DNA of 63,454 nucleotides, filler included. It is 5 parts of 5 records of this genome, joined end to end, with 100 filler letters (N's around TTAATTAATTAA, not from the genome) between each part and the next. Parts side by side here need not be neighbours in the genome. Positions count along the whole stretch, not along the records: positions 1 to 25,301 come from SRR20825006_2234; positions 25,402 to 32,909 come from SRR20825006_2240; 3 more parts are not named here. One strand, given 5' to 3'. Below are positions 21,842-31,750 of the stretch, piece after piece. Every line of letters starts with the position of its first letter. The stretch's first letter is position 1. The position numbers and the translations under genes were made by a program. A model generated the notes under the pieces. It had not been told where the DNA came from. It made no database searches and was given only the letters and a program-made list of their open reading frames with translations.

Positions 21842-22873
21842 TCAATCAAGCCGTGATAGAATATGGCTCAAGGCATCCTTGTTGCCAAAGCCGCCAGACT
21901 TGGTAACCACATGGACTTCTTGACCATTCACTATCGCTTTTGAAACTGGCATTCCGGGCAAGACCTCACCCATAACCGATAACACACCGATCCCAACTTT
22001 GTTCAGTATCGAAGCAGCTGTTTCCCCCCCACAAGCCAGTAATGTCGCAATTTTGCCGGTTTCGAGACATTGCGCAACCGCCGCTGAGAATCTCTCCCCG
22101 GCGACAGCTACCGGGACCGTTTCTGCGCATTCGACCATCTCAATGACCGAGGCTTTATCAAATGCTACATCCGGGATCATCTTAAGCTCGCCATTGGGAG
22201 CGGCAAACATCGCACATTCCGACCGAATGCTATCTACCTGCACTCTAGTAATCGGATCACGCGACCCAATCGCAAGGAGAGCAGGTTTTGGCAGGGATTT
22301 AATCTGGTCTGAAACCTCTTCGCTGGACAAACGGTGTGCGAGCGCCTCTGCCAACCCCGCGGCCCCGACAAACAGTTTGCTCCCCAAGTCATCTGGAAGC
22401 TCTTTTAAAATATCGGAGACCGTATCAACGTCTGGAATGTCTTCGGTTCCTTGGATAATTCGCGCAATCTTTATCGGAGCATCCACACCTGTCCCTACCA
22501 GTTCGCCCTGACGGACAACCCGTCCTTGCGCGGGAATCGCGGGACATACGAACAGATCGGTACTCTGCCAGTGCTCACCAATGACCCTCAGCTCTTCAGA
22601 AATGTTCCCCTTCAACCGGGAATCGATCTTTTTTAAACATACACTAGGCTTCTCTGGCAGGCAGTCCAACACCAACGACATTTGCTTTCGTGCCTGCTCA
22701 TCAGAAACGTCTCGTGAGGAGGTACAAACCGCAACAACATCGCATTTGCGTGCCAGAGCTTGATCAAATACTTCCGGAGAAACAGCAACACACGCAGTCA
22801 TGCCTCGGTTGACAAAACAAACAACACTGTCCAGCGCGCCAGTTAAATCATCAGCAATGATAACAATGGACAA
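21842..22873 (-). CDS. Four-carbon acid-sugar kinase (DUF1537 family)
   Basis: IADDLTGALD, KKIDSRLKGN, PAIPAQGR, GGETA, TKSGGFG; TTG start. Confidence 0.93.
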   Translation of the reverse strand: MSIVIIADDLTGALDSVVCFVNRGMTACVAVSPEVFDQALARKCDVVAVCTSSRDVSDEQARKQMSLVLDCLPEKPSVCLKKIDSRLKGNISEELRVIGEHWQSTDLFVCPAIPAQGRVVRQGELVGTGVDAPIKIARIIQGTEDIPDVDTVSDILKELPDDLGSKLFVGAAGLAEALAHRLSSEEVSDQIKSLPKPALLAIGSRDPITRVQVDSIRSECAMFAAPNGELKMIPDVAFDKASVIEMVECAETVPVAVAGERFSAAVAQCLETGKIATLLACGGETAASILNKVGIGVLSVMGEVLPGMPVSKAIVNGQEVHVVTKSGGFGNKDALSHILSRLD

Positions 22874-22960
22874 AATATGGATAGCCCCAGAAAATTACCA
22901 ATATTGCTACATATGTAAACTTGTATAGGATTGGTAAAATTCTGCAAGCTCTGTCTGATG

Positions 22961-22997
22961 AAAAAAAGCCGCCTGATCGATTGTCAGGTGGCTTTTT
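22961..22997 (-). terminator. Intrinsic terminator after enolase-family gene
   Basis: AAAAAGCCGCCTGA-7 nt-TCAGGTGGCTTTTT with a U-run on the minus strand. Confidence 0.8.
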
Positions 22998-23007
22998 CAA
23001 GCACTCA

Positions 23008-24156
23008 CTATGAAATATTACACGTAAGTTCCCAGTAGTCGGTGACCCAATCCTCAAGCTCTTCAGGCCGAAGATCAAGCCCCAGCCCAGGAGCACTAGA
23101 AAGCGCGAGACAGCCATCATTGTCCAATTTTAACGGTCGTAGAGCTAAAAGCGGATTATTCGTTACATCCACCTCTACAAATGGAAAGTTAGCAGGCCCG
23201 CCGCCGCGACGTGTGGGTTCCAATGACGCGAGATGCAAAGATGTCATTGCATTAACGATTGTTCCAAAGCTGTGCGGGATTGTTGGCAGATCATATGCAG
23301 CTCCCAATGCAGAAATCTGTCGGTAGCCCGTAACTCCTCCACAAACAGTCGGGTCCGGTTGAAGGATTGAAAACGCATTTACTTGGAGAAACTCACGAAA
23401 TGCGGCCAGACTCCCCAGTGCTTCACCTCCAGAAATCGGGATACGCGTAATTTCGGCCAACCGCCGATATCCGGTGCTGTCTTCAGGCTGCAAAGGTTCC
23501 TCCACCCAAAGAAGCCCCGCTTCTTCCATTCTACGGAGTGAATCCATTGCGCCAGCGATGGTATATCCCTGATTTATGTCCACCATTAGTCCTGCCTCAT
23601 CGCCGATGAGGGCGCGGATTTCTTGAACCATTTTCCCATCTTCAACAGGAGACAATCCGGCGCGGGGTTTAACTGCCCGAAAGCCTGTCTTGAAATAGCC
23701 TTCAATCTGTTTCGGGTAATCTTTGTAGCCAAAATCTTCTTGAATGAAAGGCCCACTTGCATAAGCAAAAACGCGATCTCGAATAGCCCCGCCCAGTAAT
23801 TCAGCAAGGGGTATTTCGAGAACTTGTGCATATGCATCGTGAATAGCCATATCGACGGCAGATATGGCCATGCGGGCAGCGCCGCGGCGATCATAAGCCA
23901 AGACATTTCTCATCTTTTCAAACAGCGGAATTCGGTCTGAAACGTTTTGCCCTAGAAGCAGCGGCACAAGCTTCTCTTTCAGAAAGGCTCCTGCTGCAAA
24001 AGGTGAGTTGAAAACCTCTCCCCAGCCAGTCTTTCCACATTCGGTATGAATCGCGACAAGCAGGAAGTCGCGCTTTCGGATGAAGGTTTGTGCGTTTCCC
24101 AACGGCTTTTCCGGCTTGAAACTCAAATAGAAGCCAGAAATTTTTTTGATTTTCAT
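23008..24156 (-). CDS. Mandelate racemase-subgroup enolase superfamily enzyme
   Basis: GWGE, AISAVDMAIHD, LLGG, KxR, MVDIN, WVEEP, GGE, QPD, PH; start at MKIKKISG. Confidence 0.92.
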   Translation of the reverse strand: MKIKKISGFYLSFKPEKPLGNAQTFIRKRDFLLVAIHTECGKTGWGEVFNSPFAAGAFLKEKLVPLLLGQNVSDRIPLFEKMRNVLAYDRRGAARMAISAVDMAIHDAYAQVLEIPLAELLGGAIRDRVFAYASGPFIQEDFGYKDYPKQIEGYFKTGFRAVKPRAGLSPVEDGKMVQEIRALIGDEAGLMVDINQGYTIAGAMDSLRRMEEAGLLWVEEPLQPEDSTGYRRLAEITRIPISGGEALGSLAAFREFLQVNAFSILQPDPTVCGGVTGYRQISALGAAYDLPTIPHSFGTIVNAMTSLHLASLEPTRRGGGPANFPFVEVDVTNNPLLALRPLKLDNDGCLALSSAPGLGLDLRPEELEDWVTDYWELTCNIS

Positions 24157-24242
24157 TTCGTCATTTCCCCGCTCAAGCCTTAACTCCGAAAAAGACCGGA
24201 AGGTGCGCCTGGACCGGGAGGGGACCCAGGCGCACCTTCCAG

Positions 24243-25148
24243 CTACTTCCAAGCGTTTATCAGCGCCAGAAGCATATCCTGTTCTTCTTCGGTCAAATCC
24301 GTGAGAGGAGAACGTACCGGTCCAGTTTCGAACCCGCGCAATTTCACGCCGGCCTTGATCGCCGAAACAGCATATCCCTTTTTGCGATCCCTGATCTTTG
24401 CAAATGGATAATAGAAGTCACGCAACAGCTGCTCGCACGTGGCATCGTCACCCTCAACAAAGGCGGCATGAAATTTGAGTGCTGTTTCAGGCACAAAGTT
24501 AAAGACTGCGGATGAGTAGGTTCCCATCCCAGCACCACGATACGCCTGAGCAAAAAGCTCATGAGTCGGCATACCGCCGATGTAAGACAATCTGTCCCCC
24601 AGTATTGTCGTAACTCGCCTTACGGTATCAATGTCACCCGTGCCATCTTTAAAACCGATCAAATTCGGGCATTCTTCAGCCAGTTGCGCAAGCATTTCAG
24701 CTGAAACACATGCTTGACCGCGGTTGTAGACGATGACCCCCATATTGGTTGCTTTGCAAACAGAACGAATTCGGTCGGCAATGCCTTCCTGAGGAGCACC
24801 AATGAGATAGTGCGGCAGCAGCAAAATTCCGTCACCACCGGCGGCCTCAATTTCTTTGGCAAGATCACAGGCCATACGTGTCCCATAACCACAGCCAGCA
24901 ATCACAGGTGAATCACCAGAAACCTCACGCGCCGCCTTAACAACAGCGACGATTTCTGCAGGTGACAACGAGAACATCTCCCCGGTTCCACCCGCAACGA
25001 TCAAACCAGAAACATCATAGGAGGATAGCCATTCCAAATGTGCCTTAAATGGTCCTGAGGCAAACTCATCCTCTTTATCAAAAGGCGTAATCGGGAAGGA
25101 TAGGAGGCCACTGCGAATAATTGATTGGAGTTCAGTGGGTGAAATCAT
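24243..25148 (-). CDS. kdgD: 5-dehydro-4-deoxyglucarate dehydratase
   Basis: GLLSFPITPF, AGGTGEMFSL, LLPHYL, VYNR, GFKDGTGD, GGMPTHE, YSSAVFNF; GGAG RBS. Confidence 0.95.
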   Translation of the reverse strand: MISPTELQSIIRSGLLSFPITPFDKEDEFASGPFKAHLEWLSSYDVSGLIVAGGTGEMFSLSPAEIVAVVKAAREVSGDSPVIAGCGYGTRMACDLAKEIEAAGGDGILLLPHYLIGAPQEGIADRIRSVCKATNMGVIVYNRGQACVSAEMLAQLAEECPNLIGFKDGTGDIDTVRRVTTILGDRLSYIGGMPTHELFAQAYRGAGMGTYSSAVFNFVPETALKFHAAFVEGDDATCEQLLRDFYYPFAKIRDRKKGYAVSAIKAGVKLRGFETGPVRSPLTDLTEEEQDMLLALINAWK

Positions 25149-25301
25149 CAGAATTCTCCATAGAAAGTGTGTAGCCGAACCAACAAAAGTCGGCCGGGTT
25201 GCATGTCTTGGTGGGAAAGCAGTTAGGTGATGTCGACCGGCAGGACATCTTTGGGGATGTTCTGATAGCAAACCGGACGCAGGAAGCGACGGATCGACAT
25301 G

Positions 25302-25401
25302 NNNNNNNNNNNNNNNNNNNNNNNNNNNNNNNNNNNNNNNNNNNNTTAATTAATTAANNNNNNNNNNNNNNNNNNNNNNNNNNNNNNNNNNNNNNNNNNN
25401 N
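25302..25401. other. Artificial contig spacer
   Basis: N44-TTAATTAATTAA-N44, stops in all six frames. Confidence 0.99.
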
Positions 25402-25718
25402 ACGATCTGATAGGTTTTCTCTTCGTCGGTGTCTTCATCCACGATTGTCACCGTGGCGGAGAATTTCACAGCGCCGGAAAGTGTTTTTGGATCAACGACT
25501 TCGGCCAGGGACAACACGCCCTCAAGCTCCTTGATCCGGCCTTCGATAAAGCTCTGTTTTTCACGCGCAGAATGATATTCGGCATTCTCTGACAGATCGC
25601 CAAGCTCGCGGGCTTCGGCAATCGCCTGAATGACAGCCGGGCGTTCCACCGACTTGAGTTTTTTCAGCTCGCTGCTCAACGCGGTGTTGCCCGCGCGCGT
25701 CATGAGAATTTTTTCCAT
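25402..25718 (-). CDS. greA: Transcription elongation factor GreA (3' end truncated by contig edge)
   Basis: ERPAVIQAIAEARELGDLSENAEYHSARE. Confidence 0.97.
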
Positions 25719-26113
25719 CAGGCCACTCATCTGCACGAAAAAAGCGCTGCGAGGTCGGAGCCTCCGCGCGCTTTGGTTATCACAATTTATACTCCCAACT
25801 GACCCGGAATAGGGGCAGATTGCAAGGGCTCAGTTGTGCGACGTCCGACATGATGTCTGACATGGCGTGGTTTTAGGGGGTGGCCTGGTTGATGAGGGGC
25901 GATTCTTTTGGGGCAGACTGTGTGCTCTGCATGTAGCCTTATGAGATAATTGAGGTGTGGCGCGGGGCTTTGGTCACTTTTGATGCGGCGCTGCGGCGCT
26001 TTATCGATGTTTACGCCCAAGGGACGCCACGAAAAACACCATCTGAAATTGACCCGGCTATGGCTTAGCGGTTAGGTAAGCGCCGGAAAGCTGTTTGATC
26101 TGGGAGAAACTTT

Positions 26114-27766
26114 ATGTCGAATGTCGAACGTGAGGCGATGGAATATGACGTCGTTATCGTTGGTGCCGGACCTGCGGGTCTCTCTGCTGCGATCAGCCTC
26201 AAACAGCTGGATGAGGACCTCAACATTGTTGTGTTGGAGAAGGGCTCCGAAGTGGGCGCGCATATCCTGTCCGGTGCCGTGCTCGACCCCTGTGGCCTTG
26301 ACGCGCTGATACCGGATTGGAAAGAGCGCGGTGCGCCGATTTCCACCAAAGTCACCGAAGACCATTTCCACCTTTTGGGCGAAGCGGGTTCCATTCGTAT
26401 CCCAAATACGCCGATGCCACCGTTCATGTCGAACCACGGCAAATACATCGTCTCCATGGGCAATGTCTGCCGGTGGATGGCCGAGCAGGCCGAAGGCATG
26501 GGCGTCGAGATTTTCCCCGGCATGGCCTGTTCCGAGCTGATCTACGGCGACAACGGCGAAGTCAAAGGCGTGGTTGCGGGCGAGTTTGGCCGTGGGCCGG
26601 ATGGTGAACCGACCGAAGCCTATGAGCCGGGTATGGAGCTGCACGGCAAATATGTTTTGATCTCCGAGGGCGTGCGTGGATCGTTGGCAAAAGAGATCAT
26701 CGCCAAATACGACCTGCAAAAAGGTCGCGACGTTCAAAAATTCGGTCTCGGCATGAAGGAAATCTGGGAAATTGACCCGGACAAGCACAAAGAGGGCAAG
26801 GTGTGGCACTCGATGGGCTGGCCTTTGAATTCAAATGCGGGCGGCGGTGGATTTATCTATCACGCCGAAAACAATCAGATTTTCATCGGGTTTGTGGTCC
26901 ATCTGAACTACAAAAACCCCTATGTCTTCCCGTACATGGAGTTCCAGCGCTTCAAACATCATCCGCTGGTGGCGGAGCTTTTGAAGGGCGGCAAACGTGT
27001 GGCTTATGGCGCGCGTGCGATCTCCGAGGGCGGCTATCAGTCGATGCCAAAAGCGGCCTTTCCGGGGGGCGCACTGCTTGGCTGTTCCGTCGGTCTGGTC
27101 AACGTGCCGCGGATCAAAGGCAACCACAACGCCATGCTGTCCGGCAAAGCGGCGGCGGAGCATGTTGTGGCGGCTCTCAAAGAGGGCCGGTCTGGCGACA
27201 CGTTGGAAGGCTATGAAACCGAGCTGCGCACTGGCGCTGTCGGCAAGGACCTGAAACGCGTGCGCAATGTCAAGCCGCTCTGGTCGAAATACGGCCTGAC
27301 GGCGTCGCTGATGCTCGGTGGGTTGGATATGTGGACCAATACCCTGTTTGGTGGCTCGCTGTTTGGCACGGTAAAACACGGAAAAACCGATGCGCAATCG
27401 ACCGGTAAGGCCGATAAATTCAAACCGATCGACTATCCGAAACCCGATGGTGTGATCTCGTTTGACCGGCTGACCAATGTGTCATTTGCCGCGACCAACC
27501 ACGAAGAAAGCCAGCCCTGCCACCTCAAACTCAAAGATCCGCAAGTGGCGATTGATGTGGATTACAAACAATTCGGCGGCCCGTCCGCCCGCTATTGTCC
27601 GGCGGGGGTCTATGAATATCTGACACCCGAAGGGGAAGAGCCGAAATTTGTGGTGAACTTCCAAAACTGCGTGCACTGCAAAACCTGTGACATCAAAGAG
27701 GCCAGCCAAAACATCACCTGGACCGTGCCGCAGGGTGGCGATGGCCCGAACTATCCGAATATGTGA
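26114..27766 (+). CDS. Electron transfer flavoprotein-ubiquinone oxidoreductase
   Basis: VIVGAGPAGL, GAHILSGA, PRIKGNHNAM, RYCPAGVYE, NCVHCKTCDIK. Confidence 0.97.
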   Translation: MSNVEREAMEYDVVIVGAGPAGLSAAISLKQLDEDLNIVVLEKGSEVGAHILSGAVLDPCGLDALIPDWKERGAPISTKVTEDHFHLLGEAGSIRIPNTPMPPFMSNHGKYIVSMGNVCRWMAEQAEGMGVEIFPGMACSELIYGDNGEVKGVVAGEFGRGPDGEPTEAYEPGMELHGKYVLISEGVRGSLAKEIIAKYDLQKGRDVQKFGLGMKEIWEIDPDKHKEGKVWHSMGWPLNSNAGGGGFIYHAENNQIFIGFVVHLNYKNPYVFPYMEFQRFKHHPLVAELLKGGKRVAYGARAISEGGYQSMPKAAFPGGALLGCSVGLVNVPRIKGNHNAMLSGKAAAEHVVAALKEGRSGDTLEGYETELRTGAVGKDLKRVRNVKPLWSKYGLTASLMLGGLDMWTNTLFGGSLFGTVKHGKTDAQSTGKADKFKPIDYPKPDGVISFDRLTNVSFAATNHEESQPCHLKLKDPQVAIDVDYKQFGGPSARYCPAGVYEYLTPEGEEPKFVVNFQNCVHCKTCDIKEASQNITWTVPQGGDGPNYPNM

Positions 27767-27800
27767 CTCTCTCACGCCAACGTGTTGACGCAAATGACAG

Positions 27801-27826
27801 AACGGGGGCCCAGGCGGTCCCCGTTT
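27801..27826 (+). terminator. Stem-loop after ETF-QO
   Basis: AACGGGGGCC-5 nt-GGTCCCCGTTT. Confidence 0.55.
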
Positions 27827-27887
27827 GCGTTGCAGCCGCCCGGTTTGAACGATAGGCTTTGCGCAGATAACGCGAAGGAGATTTCTG

Positions 27888-29594
27888 GTGACACACCGCG
27901 CGGGTTTTTCGCTTTCGGCCCTGACCGCCGTCGGACTGATTTTAGGCGTCGGGCTTTTCAACCCGTCTCCGGTCTCGGCGGATGCGGGTGCCTATCTTGC
28001 GGCGCGCCAGGCGACAATGGATCGCAGTTTTCGCGACCTTGTGGGCTATGCGACGCGCTCGCTGGCCTCTGATCCGCAAAACCCGGTCCTGCTCGAATCC
28101 GTGATCTCGGGCCATATCTCCATGGGCAACTTTGATCAGATCAAGGGTTACGCCACCGTGTTGCGCAACCTTGAACCCGGCAATCAAATCGCCGCCATGG
28201 GCAATCTGACGCTACTGGCGCGTGATGAGGATTATGATGGTGTGATTGCGGCCCTTGATGAGGGACAAAGTATTTCTACCGTCGTTGACGGGATGGTGCA
28301 TGCTTGGGCTTTCGTCGGCAAAGGCGATATGTCCAGTGCTCTGGCCCTGTTTGACAGCACGGTTGATGCGGGGCAGGGATTTGAGTTTTTTGGGCCTTAT
28401 AACAAGGCCCTGGCCCTCGCCCTCGTAGGGGATTACGAAGGCGCGCTTGAAACGCTGTCTTCGGTTGGCATGCCCGCTACGCGTTCTGCCGTCATCGCAC
28501 AAGCCCAAATTCTTAGCCAATTGGAGCGCAATGACGAGGCGCTTACCCTGATCAATGACAGTTTCGGACCGGCCAGTGATGCGCAAATCGACGCTCTCAA
28601 AGCCGCCCTGAGTGCGGGCGAAAACGTGCCGTTCACAGTCGTGCGCAGTGCGCGGGACGGTATGGCGGATGTGTTTTTCGCCGTGGCGTCCGCCCTAGAT
28701 GGCGGGCTAGATGATGGCTACACGCTTTTGTATGCGCGCATTGCCCAGGAATTGCGCCCGGATGAGGCCAATTATGCGTTGTTCAGCGCTGCGCTTTTGG
28801 AGCGGCTCGACAATTACGATCTTGCCACCAGCGCTTTTGACGCCATTGGTGTTGATGATCCGGCCTATCCGATGGCCACGCTTGGCCGCGCCGAAGCGCT
28901 GCGGGCGGCGGGCAAAGACGATGCCGAGCTTGAGGTTTTGCGCCAGTTGACGAAATCCCATCCTGAATTGGATGACGGGCATATCGCGCTTGGCGATGCG
29001 TTGCGTCGCCATGAACGCTATGCGGAAGCGGCCGAGGCCTACACCGTTGCAATTGATCTCAATCAGCCGCCCAGCCGGGCACAATGGCCGCTCTATTTCA
29101 CCCGTGGCATCGCCTATGAGCGCGAAGGTGCTTGGGACAAGGCCGAGGCCGATCTGCGTCAGGCGCTTGCACTGGAACCCGATCAGCCGCAGGTGCTGAA
29201 TTACCTTGGCTATTCTTTCCTTGAGATGAAAACCAACCTTGATGAAGCCATGGGGATGATCCGCAAGGCCTCTGCCGCGCGTCCGAATGATGGCTATATC
29301 ACCGACAGTCTGGCGTGGGGGCTGTACCTTTTGGGGCGATATGATGAAGCCGTCGATCCAATGGAACGCGCCGCCGCATTGATGCCGGTCGATGCGGTGG
29401 TGAACGATCACTTGGGGGATGTCTATTGGGCGGTGGGGCGCGAACGCGAAGCACGGTTTCAATGGGAACGCGCCCTGTCCTTTGATCCCGAGGAGGATGA
29501 GGCCAAGCGTATTCGCCGCAAATTGGAGGTGGGGCTGGACCGAGTGTTGGGTGAGGAGGGGCTAACGCCCACACGCCCCTTGGATGACGGTTAA
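27888..29594 (+). CDS. Exported tetratricopeptide repeat protein
   Basis: Signal peptide, GAYLAAR, VLNYLGYS, YITDSLAW, DHLGDVYW; usual neighbour of ispE. Confidence 0.9.
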   Translation: MTHRAGFSLSALTAVGLILGVGLFNPSPVSADAGAYLAARQATMDRSFRDLVGYATRSLASDPQNPVLLESVISGHISMGNFDQIKGYATVLRNLEPGNQIAAMGNLTLLARDEDYDGVIAALDEGQSISTVVDGMVHAWAFVGKGDMSSALALFDSTVDAGQGFEFFGPYNKALALALVGDYEGALETLSSVGMPATRSAVIAQAQILSQLERNDEALTLINDSFGPASDAQIDALKAALSAGENVPFTVVRSARDGMADVFFAVASALDGGLDDGYTLLYARIAQELRPDEANYALFSAALLERLDNYDLATSAFDAIGVDDPAYPMATLGRAEALRAAGKDDAELEVLRQLTKSHPELDDGHIALGDALRRHERYAEAAEAYTVAIDLNQPPSRAQWPLYFTRGIAYEREGAWDKAEADLRQALALEPDQPQVLNYLGYSFLEMKTNLDEAMGMIRKASAARPNDGYITDSLAWGLYLLGRYDEAVDPMERAAALMPVDAVVNDHLGDVYWAVGREREARFQWERALSFDPEEDEAKRIRRKLEVGLDRVLGEEGLTPTRPLDDG

Positions 29595-29600
29595 CACCCT

Positions 29601-30431
29601 ATGATCACAAAGATTTTTGCTCCGGCCAAGATCAACCTTGCCCTACATGTCACCGGGCAACGGTCGGATGGCTATCACCTGTTGGACAGCCTTGTGGCCT
29701 TCGTCGATCTCGGCGATCAGATCATCGCCGCACCTGCCGTGCAATCGTCCCTGACGGTGACGGGTCCCTTTGCCGAGGGTGTGCCTGCCGATGGCACCAA
29801 CCTTGTGTTGAAAGCGGCGGCTTTGGCCGGGCGGCCGATGGCCCTGACGCTTGATAAACATTTGCCGCCGGCCTCCGGCATTGGGGGCGGATCGGCGGAT
29901 GCGGCGGCGACATTACGCGCGGCGGCCCGTTTGGGAACTCAGCCGGTGACCGCCGATCAGGCGCTGTCGCTGGGCGCGGATGTCCCCGTTTGTTTGCGCT
30001 CGAAACCGGTGCGGATGTCGGGGATCGGCGAGGGGCTGACCCCCGTCGTCATGCCCGCGCTGCATCTGGTGTTGGTCAACCCTCGGATCGAAGTGTCGAC
30101 GCCGGAGGTGTTCGCCCGCCTTGAGCGCAAAGACAATATGCCGATGCCCGATAAGTTGCCGCGTTGGCCGGACACCTTGGCTTTTGTCGATTGGTTGAGC
30201 ACTCAGCGCAACGATCTTGAACGACCTGCAGTGAAACTTGTGCCCGAGATTGCAGCGGCTTTGGCGGCTTTGGTGCTGGCCCCAAAAGTACAAATGGTGC
30301 GGATGTCGGGGTCCGGTGCGACCTGTTTTGGTCTTTTCGAGGATCGTTTGTCTGCGGATGCAGCGGCGGCGCAAATGGCCGCAAGCAATCCGTGGTGGTG
30401 GGTCAAATCGGCCAGCACGCTGCCGGGCTAA
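29601..30431 (+). CDS. ispE: 4-diphosphocytidyl-2-C-methyl-D-erythritol kinase
   Basis: APAKINLALHV, DGYHLL, GIGGGSADAA, GADVP, NDL, MSGSG. Confidence 0.97.
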   Translation: MITKIFAPAKINLALHVTGQRSDGYHLLDSLVAFVDLGDQIIAAPAVQSSLTVTGPFAEGVPADGTNLVLKAAALAGRPMALTLDKHLPPASGIGGGSADAAATLRAAARLGTQPVTADQALSLGADVPVCLRSKPVRMSGIGEGLTPVVMPALHLVLVNPRIEVSTPEVFARLERKDNMPMPDKLPRWPDTLAFVDWLSTQRNDLERPAVKLVPEIAAALAALVLAPKVQMVRMSGSGATCFGLFEDRLSADAAAAQMAASNPWWWVKSASTLPG

Positions 30432-30470
30432 GGCGCGCTATCGTTTGGCGCAGCCGAGCCACATATTAAA

Positions 30471-31481
30471 TTAGCGCAGCCGAGCCACGACATAATCCGC
30501 GATGTCCGACAGCATGTGAACAACCTCACCCGCAGGCAGCACAGACAGCGCCGCCTTGGCTTTTTCCGCCCAGTCCAGCGCCACCTCTCGGGTCTCTTCG
30601 AGCGCATTGTGGCGGTTCAACAGTGCGATGGCATGGTCCAGATCGCCCTCGTCCTGTTTGCCCTTCTCGATGGTCTTGACCCAAAAGGCGCGCTCTGTCT
30701 CGTCCGCTTTGGCAATCGCTTTGATCACCGGCAGGGTCAGTTTGCGTTCGCGGAAATCGTCACCGATGTTTTTCCCGGTCTGCGCCGAGCCCCAATAATC
30801 CAAAAGATCATCGACGATCTGAAATGAAATCCCAAGCGCATCGCCATAGTCAAACAGCGCCTTGACCACCGTGTCATCCGCCTCGGCCAAAACGCCGCCG
30901 ACTTCGGTTGCCGCCGAAAACAGCGCTGCAGTTTTGCCGCGTACGACTTGCAGGTACACGCTCTCGTCGGTTTTCAAATCCTGCGCGGCGGTCAGTTGCA
31001 ACACTTCGCCCTCGGCGATGGTCGCGGAGGCGTTGGAGAGGATTTGCAACACGCGCATGTTGTCGGCATCTGTCATCAACTGAAATGCGCGGGCAAAAAG
31101 ATAATCCCCCACCAGCACCGAAGATTTGTTGTCCCACAACAGGTTCGCCGTGGGACGCCCGCGCCGCTGCGCGCTTTCATCGACCACATCGTCATGCAAC
31201 AGCGTGGCGGTGTGGATGAATTCGACCGTGGCGGCGAGGTGAATGTGATAGGGGCCCATGTAGCCACAGGCCTTGGCCGCCGCCAAGGTCAACATCGGAC
31301 GCAACCGTTTGCCGCCCGCTTCGATCAAATGCGCCGTGACTTCGGGAATGCGGGGCGCGTGCTCTGAGGACATGCGTTCACGGATCAGGGCGTTGACGGC
31401 CTCAAGCTCGGGCGCAAGATATGCGGCCAATTGCTCATGCGGTTTGATCGCCGCTCGTTTTGTCGCCTCACCCAAACTCAT
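30471..31481 (-). CDS. ispB: Polyprenyl diphosphate synthase
   Basis: GGKRLRP, LLHDDVVD, RRG, FQIVDDLLD, GKNIGDD. Confidence 0.92.
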   Translation of the reverse strand: MSLGEATKRAAIKPHEQLAAYLAPELEAVNALIRERMSSEHAPRIPEVTAHLIEAGGKRLRPMLTLAAAKACGYMGPYHIHLAATVEFIHTATLLHDDVVDESAQRRGRPTANLLWDNKSSVLVGDYLFARAFQLMTDADNMRVLQILSNASATIAEGEVLQLTAAQDLKTDESVYLQVVRGKTAALFSAATEVGGVLAEADDTVVKALFDYGDALGISFQIVDDLLDYWGSAQTGKNIGDDFRERKLTLPVIKAIAKADETERAFWVKTIEKGKQDEGDLDHAIALLNRHNALEETREVALDWAEKAKAALSVLPAGEVVHMLSDIADYVVARLR

Positions 31482-31531
31482 GGGACACTCCTTGTCTCGA
31501 CAAACCCCTCGGTCTGTCTTTAAATCAAGTG

Positions 31532-31750
31532 ATGAAACAGCTCCTGCGCACAACCGACCTGACCCAGATCATCTATGCCAAAGCCATCTTGTCCGGGGAG
31601 GATATAGACTGCTTTGAAATGGACGTCCATATGAGCGTCCTTGAGGGCAGTCTTGGCATATTGCCGCGTCGATTGATGGTCTTAGACGAGGACCTCAATC
31701 AGGCGCGGCGGATTTTGCGCGATCATGATTTTGAGTTGGAAGATCTGTGA
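31532..31750 (+). CDS. Small conserved protein (DUF2007-like)
   Basis: MKQLLRTTD...MSVLEGSLGILPRRLMV, conserved position between ispB and methyltransferase. Confidence 0.8.
   Translation: MKQLLRTTDLTQIIYAKAILSGEDIDCFEMDVHMSVLEGSLGILPRRLMVLDEDLNQARRILRDHDFELEDL

Noticed and set aside
25346-25357. Recurrent TTAATTAATTAA palindrome (also in the other three gaps)
   Set aside because: Artificial linker centred in N runs, not biological.
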